The notes: generated by a model not told the origin, from the sequence alone. A stretch of DNA of 64,000 nt from Selaginella moellendorffii (GCF_000143415.4 NW_003314262.1:3150603-3214602); one strand, 5' to 3'. Positions 38,970 through 51,184 are shown, counted from the stretch's first letter. Made by a program: numbers and translations.

Positions 38970-39461
38970 TCAGTTCTTGTAAAACACTCGAATCTTTAAG
39001 ATTGCCGAAAGTGGCGGAATGAGCTTGTAGGTCCTAATCTGCGCATACCCCGACGCAAATCTGTAGGCTCCGGTGCCTCCAATCACTGCAAGCTCTCGGA
39101 CTTCATCGAAGATGTTGTCTTGGCCGTACATGCTCATCGTCCCATCCTTGAACACAGCCACAAATGTCAAGAACAAACCGGTTGTGGTGTTGGTGGAATC
39201 GTCGCTGATATACGTCCCTTTGGCTCTCCCCACAATCTCGGAGTCACGGGAAGGGCCCTTGGTGAGAACATCGTCGATGACAAGCACCGCTCCAAACTGG
39301 AGATTTTTGGGGCCTGCAACTAAAACCACCGTGGAATTGCTGGGATTGGTTAGATCGACCTTGTCGTGGAGGTAGAAATCCAGCACTTTTATTGGAGCTG
39401 CATAAGAAACAGCAAAACTGAGAGAGACCACCAGGAGCAAGAGCGAATGGAAGCCCTTCAT
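38970..39461 (-). CDS. DIR: Dirigent protein, copy 2 (near-identical paralog)
   Basis: Same length (163 aa from ATG 39461) and the same motifs as copy 1. Confidence 0.95.
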   Translation of the reverse strand: MKGFHSLLLLVVSLSFAVSYAAPIKVLDFYLHDKVDLTNPSNSTVVLVAGPKNLQFGAVLVIDDVLTKGPSRDSEIVGRAKGTYISDDSTNTTTGLFLTFVAVFKDGTMSMYGQDNIFDEVRELAVIGGTGAYRFASGYAQIRTYKLIPPLSAILKIRVFYKN

Positions 39462-39907
39462 TTTTCTTGCTCGTCCCTCCGAGGTGAATGATTTATTTTC
39501 TCCGAAATGAGAATACAGAATGAAATATTCAGAGTTTATAACGAAACATGGTATACTTCTATTCCTACAGATCATGGCTTTTAAAGTAACGATTATATAC
39601 TTGTGATCGTGTGATCATGTAAATACAACTATAAATGATAGTGATAGATAGACAGTGATAGTAGAACGTGACAACCACAAAGAGCAACGTGCTACAAATC
39701 GAGACAGTACTCTAAGAGCTGCGGCAAAATGAAACGTACAAACATCTACGATAGTGAAACAATCAGAAGAGATAATCACACATTCGTGCTACATCGAAGT
39801 GAACAGATCTGCTAGCTGAGAATCGCAAACAAGTCAAGAGAAGTAAGAATCAACGCACAAACACAAGCAAATAACCTCTGACAAACTTGATGATAAACTT
39901 ACAGTAA

Positions 39908-41374
39908 CTAGCAGACGTGTGGAAATAAATGTGAATCCATAGCCTCACCCGGCTGGAGCGCGGCATCTATTCCAGCTTTGAGCCACACGTAGTGCATGGT
40001 ACCTGCAGAGTGTCACTGAAAGCGGTAAAGAAGAAGCACGAAGAACAGCATCATTTATTACCGGGCCGGGGATCAAACTTGACGCTTTCGCCAACCCAGC
40101 GAGTGGCGTAGCCCCGTCGCCTTCCACTGGCTTCTCCAATCCCTGGAGCACCGTGGACAGCAAAGCTGTGGTGTATGAGGCAGTCTCCGGGCTCCATATC
40201 CCATTTAAGAAGCGTGAGCTGCGATGGTTGGATCTCAGATTGAGCGAACACGACCAATACCGATGAGAGATTTTCCTTGTATTTTTTACCTCGTCAAGCT
40301 TCTCGTCAATGTTAGGAATGTCTGGTAAGGAATCTGTCATGTCGCTCTTGTAGCGGTCTTCATCACCTGAGAAAGAAGCAATCCTGCAAATAGATACAGA
40401 ACAGTGACACAGTGATTCGTTTTTGTTCTCAAGTTACCTGTGAAGAAGTCTCCACTTGTGAGAGCCTTTTACGTATTGGACGCAGGAGGATTCTGGGACA
40501 GGATCTAGAGCGAGCCAAACGGAGATAACTTGGTCACCGGAAAGCTGCCAATACGAGTGATCGTTATGCCAAGGTGTGGTGGTCCGAGTACCAGGTTCTT
40601 TCACGAGTAACTGGTCGTAGAAGAGCCTCGCGAGCTTTCCCCTGTGGCAAAAAAGGAAGAAACTATAACTCAAGGCCAAGAAGAAACACGAATAAAATGA
40701 AGAACCTCATCATCCCCTTCGCTATTTCACCAACAGGAGACTCAAAAATAAACGAGCGCATTGTGTTGTGACGAAGCCACAGAAATTGGTCGTCATGGAA
40801 ACGTCCTGGCTGCAATAGTGTCAAGCCTTGCATAGTGTGAGATTGTACAAACCTCTCCTGGTTTTACATGTTCGTCGCACAAAGGACCTGAAGATCAAGA
40901 GCCATGAGCAAAAACTTTGATAGAACCAAAAAAAAAAGAAAGAAAGAAAGAAGAAGAAGAAGAAAAACCTCATAGAATCATAGAACTTACCTGGATTTTT
41001 CATGTTATTGTCAGCAGCAACACGAAGTTGTTCCACCCAGGACGAAGGGATGGCCTTCCGCAAGACAACAGCACCATCTTCTTCGAATTTTTTCACATCT
41101 TCCTCTAGAATCCTGTTTCAAGAGTTTCAAGAAGAAGTTGTTTCCATAGAAAATTGTCATCGTTCTCAAGAGTTTCTACGAAATCAGAAGAAAATTCTAA
41201 CATGGTATTGTTCTTCATGTGATCACAAAATTAAAAACTAACACAATGCAAGGATTACTACCTCGAGGAAGCGTTCTCTGGCTGCGCAGCTCCAGACGCC
41301 AGTGACGAGAAATGGCGCTGGCGAATCCGCAGAGCGCGCCTCACGAGGGAGGCGCCGATCAAGCTGACGCTCAT
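39908..41374 (-). CDS. Phytanoyl-CoA dioxygenase (PhyH)-family Fe(II)/2-oxoglutarate dioxygenase with a probable mitochondrial presequence; multi-exon
   Basis: MSVSLIGASLVRRALRIRQRHFSS; FEEDGAVVLR; VKEPG...PWHND (HxD); WLALD; KGSH; EPGDCLIHH..VHG; RRRGYATRW; stop TAG at 39908. Confidence 0.88.
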
Positions 41375-41455
41375 GTTAGATCTTCACGAGAAGAAAAGGA
41401 GTTCCCACAAATGTAGGGCATGAGGTTTTAGGGTTTGCGAGAGAGGGTTTTGGAG

Positions 41456-42634
41456 ATGAAAGGAGAGCGCAAGTTCGCGATCACGTTCAGCCCGGAGTTC
41501 GTGACCAAGCTCCTCAATGAGGACGACAAGAAGGTAATCCCGGCCAAGCCGTTCACGCCATCTCCATCGCCACCGCCGCCGCAGCCGCGATCTCTCACAC
41601 CGCCGCCTAGGCCGCCGCTTCACGCATTGCTGACGGCGCCACTCTCCTCACAAAAGCCGCCACAGCCTCCGCCCAAGAAGGAGGAGCAAAAGGAAGGAGA
41701 GATCGTCTCAAAGTCTCATTTGGATTTGGGATTGGATGCAAGGTTCGGTGCGTCTGATGAGGATGAATCCAGGGCTCGTGGTTTCGATGAAGATGGACCG
41801 GGCAAGGAAGTGGCGACAGAGATGGATAGACAGCAGCAGGATCTTCGCAAAGAGGAGATCGAGAAACAAGAAGTTGGCATGGAAGATCAGGATGTGAAGC
41901 CTGGTGACGAGACGAGAATCACTGCTGAAGTGCCCGCTGCTGCCGTCGCCAGGGATTTGCAACCTCTGATGGGAGTTCTCGAAAAAACTGTAAGTGGTTG
42001 TCTTCCTTTCTTTTTCTGGTTTTTTGTTTGGAACTTTTCTAGCGCTGGTATAGCTCGTCAATAGCTACGAGTGCGTGCATGGTTCCTAGATCAAAGGCCT
42101 CGGTTATTTCTTTAGCTGGGGCAGCGGCCAGACAACCGCAGAGCTTCTTTCACGGAGAACGCATTCCATCGTGGCAGTGTCTCTACTAAAACGTTGCTCA
42201 CATTCTTTCCTTCCTTCCTGTTTGCTTGTTGCGAGTCTCCGGCTTTTCGAGGAGCTTACTTATTTTATGATTTGTGTTTCCCAGGAGAAGCACGGCGAGG
42301 AACTCCAGAAACGAGGTATCAGTGAGCTCGAAGAGATGAAGAAGAGAGCCGAAGAGCTACAACACAGGCACCGCAGCGAGTAAGTTCGTCTCTGAGTTTT
42401 TCTTTCTTCTCGTTCTTGGTTTAAATCTTCCTCGCTACAGCAGATCTGCGCCGAGAACACAACCTTGCGCTGCTGAGAAGGACGCATGCATCGAGTGCTA
42501 CCAAAAACTGGTACTCTTCACTTTCGTCTCCAACGATTTCTCATCTTCCTCTACAGGATCCTGTGCGATGCAAAGCACAAGCCGATGCTTACGTGAGATG
42601 CACGGCTGCGGCATTTAAATCCACGGTCTCGTGA
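41456..42634 (+). CDS. Coiled-coil, Cys-motif (CHCH/MIC19-like) protein; multi-exon
   Basis: MKGERKFAITFSPEFVTKL, Pro-rich region, coiled coil EELQKRG...AEEL, C-terminal PCAAEKDACIECYQK / DPVRCKAQADAYVRC. Confidence 0.7.
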
Positions 42635-44399
42635 AAGGAAAGGGAAATCGAAGATCTCGGTCGGAAGATTGATAAGATCTATATAGAGTTTGTAGAAGAA
42701 GGATTTTTGCGTTAAAACCTTCTCTAAGTAGTTTTCGAGAAAAAGTCCGAGAATGCCTATTTGTTTTTAATTCAAATTAAGGGTTTAACAGTCGAATGAC
42801 GGTCTAGGTCCTTGTTTGGTAGTCTAATAGAGCCAAACATTTTAATCCCCACTGCATATTCTGACATATATGGTGCATCATAAGGTGGTGGCGGGAGGAT
42901 CTTGGACATTCCAGTAGGCCATATAATCTCGTGCAGGAGTGATAACGAAAAGCGTGCTAGCGGAGTATAAGCCCCCAAATATCAAGCCACCGGCAGCGTG
43001 CAAAACCCAGTTCATGTTGTGCTTCATGGCAACACAATCCGCTACTTCTTGTCCCGCTGGATCTATCAGTGAAGATCTGCAAATTCGGGTGATTCGATGA
43101 GATCCTTCCACTGCTTGCATGCGGCCCTCATGCGGGACTGGCCGATCTCTGGTCGGAAGAGAAGGAAATGGCAACTAACTAAGTCTTTATCTTTTTTATT
43201 CTCGTTCTCATAGAGTGATTGTAACGTAGTACGATATTCATGGAAGAACTGTGCCGGAAGAGAACGTATGCCCTAGGCAGTCCGTCATCTTCGTGTGTTA
43301 TGGCATCGGTTCGATGCGGGAATATGGCAGTCCTGGTGGGACGCAAACATTACCAGTATTCGCAAGGAAATACGCAGCCTCGGGTTACGAGTGTACGTGG
43401 CTGACGAGAGCGATCCAAAGACAGCACGCACTCACTGCGAGGGCTTCTCTCGCCGTATACTCGAGAGATCTTCCCTCGGCTTGGTGTCGCATACGCGAAG
43501 CTGCCTTTCGACCTGGCAGAACAGAAAGATAAAGGAAGATTTCTGTGCTTTGCCGGTGGGCGAGTGTTCATCGATGGGAAGGAAGCGATGTCTGCCGTAG
43601 CAGGCACGAACTTAACGACAAGTCTTGGATCGATGCTGGAGGACACTTGGTAGGCCAATATGGCTTTTAGTCTATGCGCTGTTGCAAAATTAAAGTATTG
43701 TTAAAAAATTGACATATCACTAGAATCTAGAAAGCAATTGCTATTAAAGAGAATGAAAACCATGACATTGGGGGAAGACCAGCATTGTAACCCTCCTCTC
43801 AAGCGGGAGTTTTCATGAGCCCGGTTGTCACGTAAAAACTATTCGCCAAGGCTTCTTTGGAGGCACGTTTGCTGGAGAAGGCAAAAGCACAGGCAGAGGA
43901 TGCCAAAAGCGATGTCTGCAAAGTCGATGACCATTTGTACTTTGAGCCCGGGATGAAGTATTCTGTCAGATGGCATGGACTGGATCGTACTCCATTGCGT
44001 GGAGACTGCAGCAAAGCACTTGAAGCTCAAGGCCGCTGTAGAAGCAAAGGTGGTGGAGAGTTGGAAAGACGTTAGGTGCAGATGACCACCACCATTGGTA
44101 AAGATGGTTGTCTTAAAATCGTTGGAGCCACGCAGAAGAACAACGAAGAAACGCTGTGTGTGACCGTGAAAAAGTTGGTTTCCACTTCTCTGTGGTGCAT
44201 AGTGCTCTCGGTGGAGTGGGAGGGCGAGCTCTGAGCTCGGGCCAAACAGGGCGGAAAGGCAAGGCGAGATGTCCAGCCTGGACGGGAATTGCAGCTGGCA
44301 GGAATGGTTTCAGGTGCTGTGCCGCCAGTGGCTTGATCATCAGGCCGCTTTTCCAGTGGAAGTAGCTGGGATCAACAGGCCAGCGATGCTGATATGAGG

Positions 44400-44947
44400 C
44401 GCAGGTGTCTCTTTGGCGGATCCGGAGAGTGCTAGCATCTCTGATCAGGAAGTTTACGAGATGAGCAAGCAGCTGTCCAGGACTTTCAATGTTTCTGAGA
44501 TTGTCCACAACGAGCTTCAAGGATGGAGTGTATAGTCTGACCGACTGGCGAGGCGAGGGGCTGAGTGCTCTCGCGAAGCTCGTGGATGAGGCTTGGCCAA
44601 GAGCCTTGGCCACCGCCGTGCCTCCAAGGCTGGTTGTGGACTGGGCTGTTTGCGGGGACAAGGCTTTGTTGGGGGTACCGCTGGAGGAACTGGTCGATAG
44701 CTTGGAGGCGCTGCTATACTGCTGCTTGCTGCTGCTCAACAAGAAGCTGCCGTGGAGTGAGGCGGCGCTTCCAAGACGCAGTGGCAGCCGATTGTTGAGT
44801 CGAGGTTGGAGACTAAGAGATGACATGAAGCACAGGTTCACCATTTTGGACGCGAAGAAAGTAATTAAACCTTTAAGATGTGTCAGAAAGCTCCAAGATC
44901 CCTTTTACAGTACGTATCAATCATTCATAAGTACCTTTGGAGGATAA
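44400..44947 (+). pseudogene. Possible protein-kinase C-lobe fragment (FunK1/CR-kinase-like)
   Basis: DSLEALLYCCLLLLNKKLPW resembles the D(D)LESxxY...LPW subdomain IX. The rest of the kinase is not recognisable. Confidence 0.3.
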
Positions 44948-45014
44948 CTTTTGCAGAAGTTTAGGGCAGGAAGTTTAAAGTTTTAACCTCTCGATATTTT
45001 TACCATTTTTGTCA

Positions 45015-45155
45015 CGGGACCCTGTGGATGCAAATCACTCTGCGGCGTTTACATCGTGAAGAACACCAGAAAAGAACAAGGAAAATCGAAGATCTCGGTC
45101 GAAAAATCGATAAGATCGCCATACAGTCTCTCTCGAAGGATGTAGAACCTTCTTT
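45015..45155 (+). repeat. Diverged duplicate of the last exon and 3' UTR of the MIC19-like gene (42555-42725)
   Basis: GGA(C/T)CCTGTG.GATGCAAA and AAATCGAAGATCTCGGTCG.AA.AT.GATAAGATC are shared. Confidence 0.75.
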
Positions 45156-45446
45156 GTTTTCTGTTCTCCCACGTTGAAGGGCGTATCTCTCTTTAGGGTG
45201 AAAATTAATATCATGTTTGCGTGCATGGACGCGAGGCCATTAGGTACCACACAAAGTTTTAGCGCTAGCAGCCGGAAGGCGGTGGCATCTTTGATGGATT
45301 TCTAGGGCGCGCATCCACTCCGCGGATCGCTCGAGGTGAGATTGTGGCCGCCAGCGGCCAAATCGTCCATCGCCGGGGTTCTTGAAGGGGTTATCGATGA
45401 ATCAGGGCAGATTTTGCAACTAGAGCGATCGATCGACCCCCCGAGA

Positions 45447-47886
45447 ATGCTGCGCCGGCGGAAGCAAGGCAATGACGAGGATGGAGGAAGCAAGGATCGG
45501 CAGCAGCAGCAGGAGGATGGTAATAGCGGCAGCAATGGCGAGAATTCCAAGCAGCAGCAGCAGGGGGGAAAGGATTCCATCAAGATTGGCAAGGATGAGA
45601 AGGGGAAATCTAGCATGGTGCCTGGAATCCCCGTTCGAGCTCGCGAGAAGCCAAAGTGGCGCTGCCTGGATACATGCTGCTGGCTCATCGGCTATATGTG
45701 TGTCATGTGGTGGCTCTTTCTGGTGCTCTACAATGCGGTCCCTTCGCTGCCACAGTACGTGACCGAGGCTATCACAGGGCCATTGCCGGAGCTTCCCGGG
45801 ACAAGGCTGGCCAGAGAGGGGCTCCGTGTCAAGCACCCCGTTGTTTTTGTTCCTGGGATTGTCACGGGTGGCTTGGAGCTCTGGGCTGGACGTCCTTGCG
45901 CGGAAGGATTGTTTAGAAAGCGACTCTGGGGTGGAACGTTTGGAGAAGTCTACAAAAGGTTCGAGTTTTTTTTTTTTTTTTGTTGGTTTTTGTTTGTCTC
46001 TCTCGTGAATGTTTGATGAAGTTCTTGCTTTGTTTTGTTTTGGCAGGCCTTTGTGCTGGCTGGAGCACATGAGATTAGACAATGAGACTGGCTTAGATCC
46101 GGCCGGCATTCGAGTGAGAGCTGTGTCCGGCCTTGTGGCTGCTGATTATTTTGCACCGGGATATTTTGTGTGGGCTGTTCTTATAGACAATCTGGCTCGG
46201 CTGGGATACGAAGAGAAGTCAATGCATATGGCTTCCTACGACTGGAGGCTGTCCTTTCAGAATACAGAGGTGAGTGTGGCGACTGTTCTTTCTCTTTTTC
46301 TCTGCTGATATTTTAACGGGTTGCTTTTTTTTTTTCTTGTTGGCAGAGTCGTGATAAAAGCTTGAGCCGGCTGAAAAGCACCATTGAGCTTCTCGTAAGC
46401 ACGAACAACAACGAAAAGGTGGTTGTCATACCGCACTCTATGGGGGCGTTGTATTTTCTACACTTTATGAAGTGGGTGGAAGCGCCGATTTCTGCAGGTG
46501 GTGCCGGTGCCGGCGAAGGCTGGGTTGCAAAGCACATCAAAAGCGTGATGAACATCGGTGGCCCTTTTCTGGGCGTTCCTAAAGCATTCGCTGGTCTGTT
46601 CTCCGCTGAAGCGAAAGATATAGCTGTTGCAAGGTATTATTTCATTTTCTTTTTCCACGTTTTATCGTCTTGTATTTTGTATCCAGAGCTGTCGCACCAG
46701 GTGTTCTTGACTCCGAATTGTTTGGACTACAGACGCTGCAGCATATAATGTCAGTAACTCGTACGTGGGATGCTACGATGTCGATGCTCCCAAGAGGAGG
46801 GGAGGCAATCTGGGGAGATTTGGATTCATCGCCAGAAGAAGGATACGATTGTTCAGGCAAGAAGCCGAAGGTCGAGGAAGTTACCGAATGCCAAGAGAAG
46901 AACATAACGGATGGGAAAGAGCTGGGACCGCATGGAAAGCCAATGGCACACTACGGGAGGATGGTATCTTTCGGAAAAGATTCAGTGCAGAAAGCTTCTT
47001 CTGCTCTCGATAGAAAGATTGACTTTAAGGTACGCTGTTGTTTTACACCTTTCTCATTGCATGCTAATGCTCCCTTTCAACAGAATATAGATAAACAAAC
47101 GCCCGTGCGAGAGAATGTCTCGTGCGGAGACGTGTGGACGGAGTATCACGAGATGAGCTGGGAGAGCGTTCAAGCCGTGGCCGATGGCAAAGTGTACACA
47201 TCTTCGGGGATGCTTGATGTTTTGAGGTTCGTGGCACCGCAAATGATGAAGCGAGCTGATGCAAACTGGGCTTACGAGATTGCTGACGACCTTTCGGATC
47301 CGAAGTACCAGCATTACAAGTACTGGTCAAATCCTCTCGAGTCGACGTAAGTGCTTATTTCATCCTCGTTGTCTCTCCTAAGTTTGTTTTTCTTGTTTCC
47401 AGACTGCCAAACGCCCCGGACATGGAAATCTTTTGCATGTACGGTGTCGGTATCCTGACCGAGAGAAGCTACGTCTACAAGCTATCGTCAGACAACGACA
47501 CTTGCTACATCCCGTTTAGAATCGACGCATCGGCCGAGAAGGATTCGGAAGGATGTCTGAAAGGCGGAGTCCACTTCGTCGACGGCGACGAGACGGTGCC
47601 AGTCCTCAGCGCAGGCTTCATGTGTGCCAAACCTTGGCAAGGCAAGACTCGCTTCAACCCAAGCAACATCTCCAGCTTCACCAGGGAATTCCAGCACGCT
47701 CCTCCGGCGAATTTGCTCGAAGGCCGCGGCACGCAGAGCGGCAGCCATGTCGACATCATGGGAAACTTTGCGCTGATCGAGGATGTTCTCCGGGTTGCCG
47801 CTGGCGCGTCCGGCCGGGACCTCGGTGGCGACAGGGTCGTCTCGAATCTTCCAAAGTGGTCGGAGCGAATCAAGCTGAAACTCTGA
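45447..47886 (+). CDS. PDAT1: Phospholipid:diacylglycerol acyltransferase; multi-exon
   Basis: WRCLDTCCWLIG TM; HPVVFVPGIVTGGLELW; YDWRLS; PHSMG lipase motif; DGDETVPVLSAG; SHVDIMGN. Confidence 0.96.
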
Positions 47887-47929
47887 GACTTCCACAAGAG
47901 ACCCTTTGCTCGAAGGTCTCATCGATTCA

Positions 47930-48097
47930 AGTGGTGTAAGAAGCACTTTCATCGAGGATCCGAAAGTATGAATCGAGTTGGAAACTTCGGTAGTTCCCAA
48001 CTTTCCTGTAGTATCCCCTCTATATGGTGGAAGAAGCTCTTCATCAAAGTATGAATTAAAGTTGGAAACTTTGATAGATACCAACTTTTCTGTAGTA
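47930..48097 (+). repeat. Two-copy imperfect tandem repeat (~75-85 bp) between convergent 3' ends
   Basis: AAAGTATGAAT...AGTTGGAAACTT...CCAACTTT.CTGTAGTA occurs twice; each copy contains an AGTTGG/CCAACT inverted pair. Confidence 0.7.
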
Positions 48098-48309
48098 ATA
48101 TCACTCTATATGATTAGAGAGCAAATGTGAGAACTCAATCACACTTGTAAGGTTAAGGCTATGAAAGTTACATATACCACGAGAAGCGCTTGGAACAATG
48201 CACGACGGCACTGTACGGCACCGCCAGAATATATTGGGCCGATACCGGCACCACCGCCTCCACCGCCACCACCGCGCGGTACCACGTACGCGGCCTCGTG
48301 CGGGAGCTG

Positions 48310-49872
48310 CTATAACGAGTCGCACTGCGCGGGGGACATAGAGATGGTGCTCGTACCGCGGTCGTACACCACGTGGTAGTTTTGCTGCATGAGATTCCCT
48401 ATGATTCCCAGCCCGAGGCTACCCGAGCCGCCCATTGCCAGGCACGCCACCGTCTCCGCCGTGTCGACTATCACGAAGTAATTCTTCTGGGGGGGTGAAA
48501 ACTTCGTGCCCTTGAACGCCAGCGTGAGCGCGGGAAATTTGAAGTTTTTACTCTTGGACACGTCATAGCAGAGGTCAAAGCCCGAGCTGGAGGCATCGAC
48601 GGTGGGGAGCGACACTGAGCTGGCAAACGCCGATTTGACCTTGGAGTAGACCGCGTCGTCCAGTAGCGTCAGCGTCGTACCGCTGTCAAAGATGGTACCG
48701 CCGGAGTTTACCTCTAGGGCACGGACGCGCAGCTTCTTCTTGCTCCTCACGGACAGGAAGTCGATCGCGCGCGTCGCCAGGGAGAGCTGCTTGCCGCCGA
48801 CGCTGATGCCTTCCAGCCCCACGAAGTAGTACGTCGATCGCCCGGAATTGGGGATGATTGGAGTGGAGATCGCGCCAGAGCCCGTGGATGCCGAAGAGCC
48901 GAAGATCAGGGGGCTCGTTTTGGATGAATCGTCGTCGAAATCGACGAGGCAGTAGGAGAATTTGTTGTTGATCGCCGATCCCAGCTGCGTGGAGAGCGAG
49001 ATTTTGCCCTGGCCGAGCCCCACGATCCCAGCGGCACCGCCGAAGGAGCCGGAATTCAATCGCCCACATCCGAATTGGAAATTCGGGAATGCCTTGGAGC
49101 TGCCACCGCTGGATCGCAGCGTCAGCGTCTCCAGCGCGAAATCGCCCTGCGTGCTCGAGGAATCGCCGTATTGGTAGCCATAGATGCACGTCTTGGCGGA
49201 GGAGCTACAGCCCGACGCTGGGAGGCTCTGGCAGCTCGATGTGGAGCACGATGTCTTGGCGAAGGTGGAACTGGCGGATGGATCGTAGATGGGATCGCTC
49301 TGACTGTAGCACTGCGAGCACGGCTTGCACTGGATCCACACGAGATCGCTGCCAGTGTCGACGATCGCGTTGAATTTCTTGGGTGGGCTGCCCAGCTCGA
49401 TCTCCATGGTGTAGGCGCCGCTGATCGACGCCACTGGCGACTGGTAATCAAGCTTGGTGGGCGTGATCTTCTCGCTCATCCTCTCGGCCAGGGCCTTGGC
49501 TCTGGCCTTGCTGCGGTGGACGGCGTCGCGCAATCGCTCGGCGCGGGTGGAATTGGCGGCGTGGGTCGACGATCGGCGCACCAGGCTAGCGCGGAATCCA
49601 GGAATTGTCGAGGATTGGGAAGGAACCGCCGAGGATTTGGAGGAAATCGTGCTGCTCATCGACCCCTGCTCTACAGAGTGTTCTTGGTGGGCGAGGAGCT
49701 TCCGGCGCATGTGTTCCTGGTGGCCGCTCGCTATCCCCGACGATCGCTGGCGCTGGGGCGTGAAGTTGTGGACGTGAATCCTCGGCACCGCCGCGAGCAG
49801 CAGCGTGGCGACGATGAGCAGCAGGAATGCGTAGCTGAGGAGCGCCAGCGCAAAGAATTTGGCCGACGCCAT
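48310..49872 (-). CDS. A1-family aspartyl protease (nepenthesin/CDR1-like), intronless
   Basis: N-terminal hydrophobic signal; DTGSDLVWIQC; FDSGTT; IIGNLMQQNYHVVYD. Confidence 0.96.
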   Translation of the reverse strand: MASAKFFALALLSYAFLLLIVATLLLAAVPRIHVHNFTPQRQRSSGIASGHQEHMRRKLLAHQEHSVEQGSMSSTISSKSSAVPSQSSTIPGFRASLVRRSSTHAANSTRAERLRDAVHRSKARAKALAERMSEKITPTKLDYQSPVASISGAYTMEIELGSPPKKFNAIVDTGSDLVWIQCKPCSQCYSQSDPIYDPSASSTFAKTSCSTSSCQSLPASGCSSSAKTCIYGYQYGDSSSTQGDFALETLTLRSSGGSSKAFPNFQFGCGRLNSGSFGGAAGIVGLGQGKISLSTQLGSAINNKFSYCLVDFDDDSSKTSPLIFGSSASTGSGAISTPIIPNSGRSTYYFVGLEGISVGGKQLSLATRAIDFLSVRSKKKLRVRALEVNSGGTIFDSGTTLTLLDDAVYSKVKSAFASSVSLPTVDASSSGFDLCYDVSKSKNFKFPALTLAFKGTKFSPPQKNYFVIVDTAETVACLAMGGSGSLGLGIIGNLMQQNYHVVYDRGTSTISMSPAQCDSL

Positions 49873-50094
49873 GGGGAATTCCCTTTGCTCGCTCGATCGA
49901 CCAGCACGAGCGATGGATGGATGGAGGGATTGATCGCCCACGAAGTATCTTTATGGGGAATTGGCCGTCTGGGCGGAATGGAGGAAGAAAGAGCGTGGTT
50001 TAAGTAAAGGGCGGATGAGGAGGGTCTTTCTCTCTTTTTTTTTTCTCCTCCTTCCTTTCTTTCAATCTTTCTCTATCGAGGGGAGATCCATAGC

Positions 50095-50097
<3 letters not shown>

Positions 50098-50126
<29 letters not shown>
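50098..50126. repeat. (CT)n microsatellite
   Basis: Direct CT run. Confidence 0.9.
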
Positions 50127-50129
<3 letters not shown>

Positions 50130-51184
50130 GGTAGCGCTAGTAGGCCACGCAAACACACAAAGGGATGGTGGTGTGCGTCTGCGTCGAGTGAGGTGGTCAA
50201 TGGGACCCAGCATTTTCTACCAATCTTGTTACAACTCCCATTTTGATCCAACATAAAGGTTCTAGACGATCTTAATTTCTCTTTTTCTTTATAAAGAGCC
50301 TGTATCAAAGCTCTATGATCTAGTCAACCACGGGTTGGAATCTTTTTGATTTCTACCTTCTTTTTTCTAAATTTTACTTTCCATTTTTTCTAATTTATGG
50401 GATGTACCAAAGAGAATTGGCTCCAACTCATGGATGGGAAGCTTCTTCTTTTTTTTTTATGTTTTGATTTCTACTTTTGATTTCATTTTTTGTTTTAAAA
50501 TTGTTATTTATGGGATGGAATGGCAGTATGATTGATGGTACTTGAATATTCCAAGTGGCGAAGCCGTAAGCAGTCGCCTTTGCGAGCGACATGGCACCGA
50601 ATGTTTTTTCTCGAGACGAGGACGCGCTGCCAAATTCTCGCGTTGTGGAGAGCAAGCAGTGAAGTGTACAAGGAACCACCATAGAGAATTGAGTGATATT
50701 CATTAGAGACCAAGGTCTTGGAGATAAAAAAAAGTATAGAAATCGATGACAAGCGCATGGACCCATCTCCAAGTTCGCTCGCCTCTCGAGCTAGATCCAA
50801 ATGCTGCTGCTCGAAGAGACGAGGACAGCACACGGGCATCCAGCAAACCGCGACGAAAGCGAGCGATTCCAGATTGAGACTAACCCCACAAGCAAATCGC
50901 GTCCGCAAAAAGCTTTGTGATATGTGTCGCGTCTGAAAAGGAGAGGAATGACACACACAAAAAAAACTATAACCATCTGAGATTGACACGAAAAATCTAC
51001 AACTTTCAAGTGTAAGATAAGCACTGTAGCGAAAAACGCACGCGTTCCGAAGTGGAGGAAACACTTCGCAAGCACTAAAAAGTCACTGGCTAATGAGGTG
51101 TCTCACGAAATGCACTAAAAATTCACTAGCTAATAAGATCTCTCACGAAATGCCAACTTGATCTTACCCGATATGTTATTTTGA

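Noticed and set aside
39462-39575. 38-aa N-terminal extension of dirigent copy 2 in the ORF track
   Set aside because: The paralog and the signal peptide both place the start at 39461.
45420-48084. Minus-strand ORFs of 229 aa and 198 aa over PDAT
   Set aside because: Antisense shadows of a well-supported gene.
49075-50007. 310-aa plus-strand ORF
   Set aside because: Antisense shadow of the GC-rich aspartyl protease; no recognisable motifs.
51072-51153. ~40-bp tandem duplication downstream of NRPB9
   Set aside because: Real, but an ordinary 3' UTR micro-duplication with no evident function.
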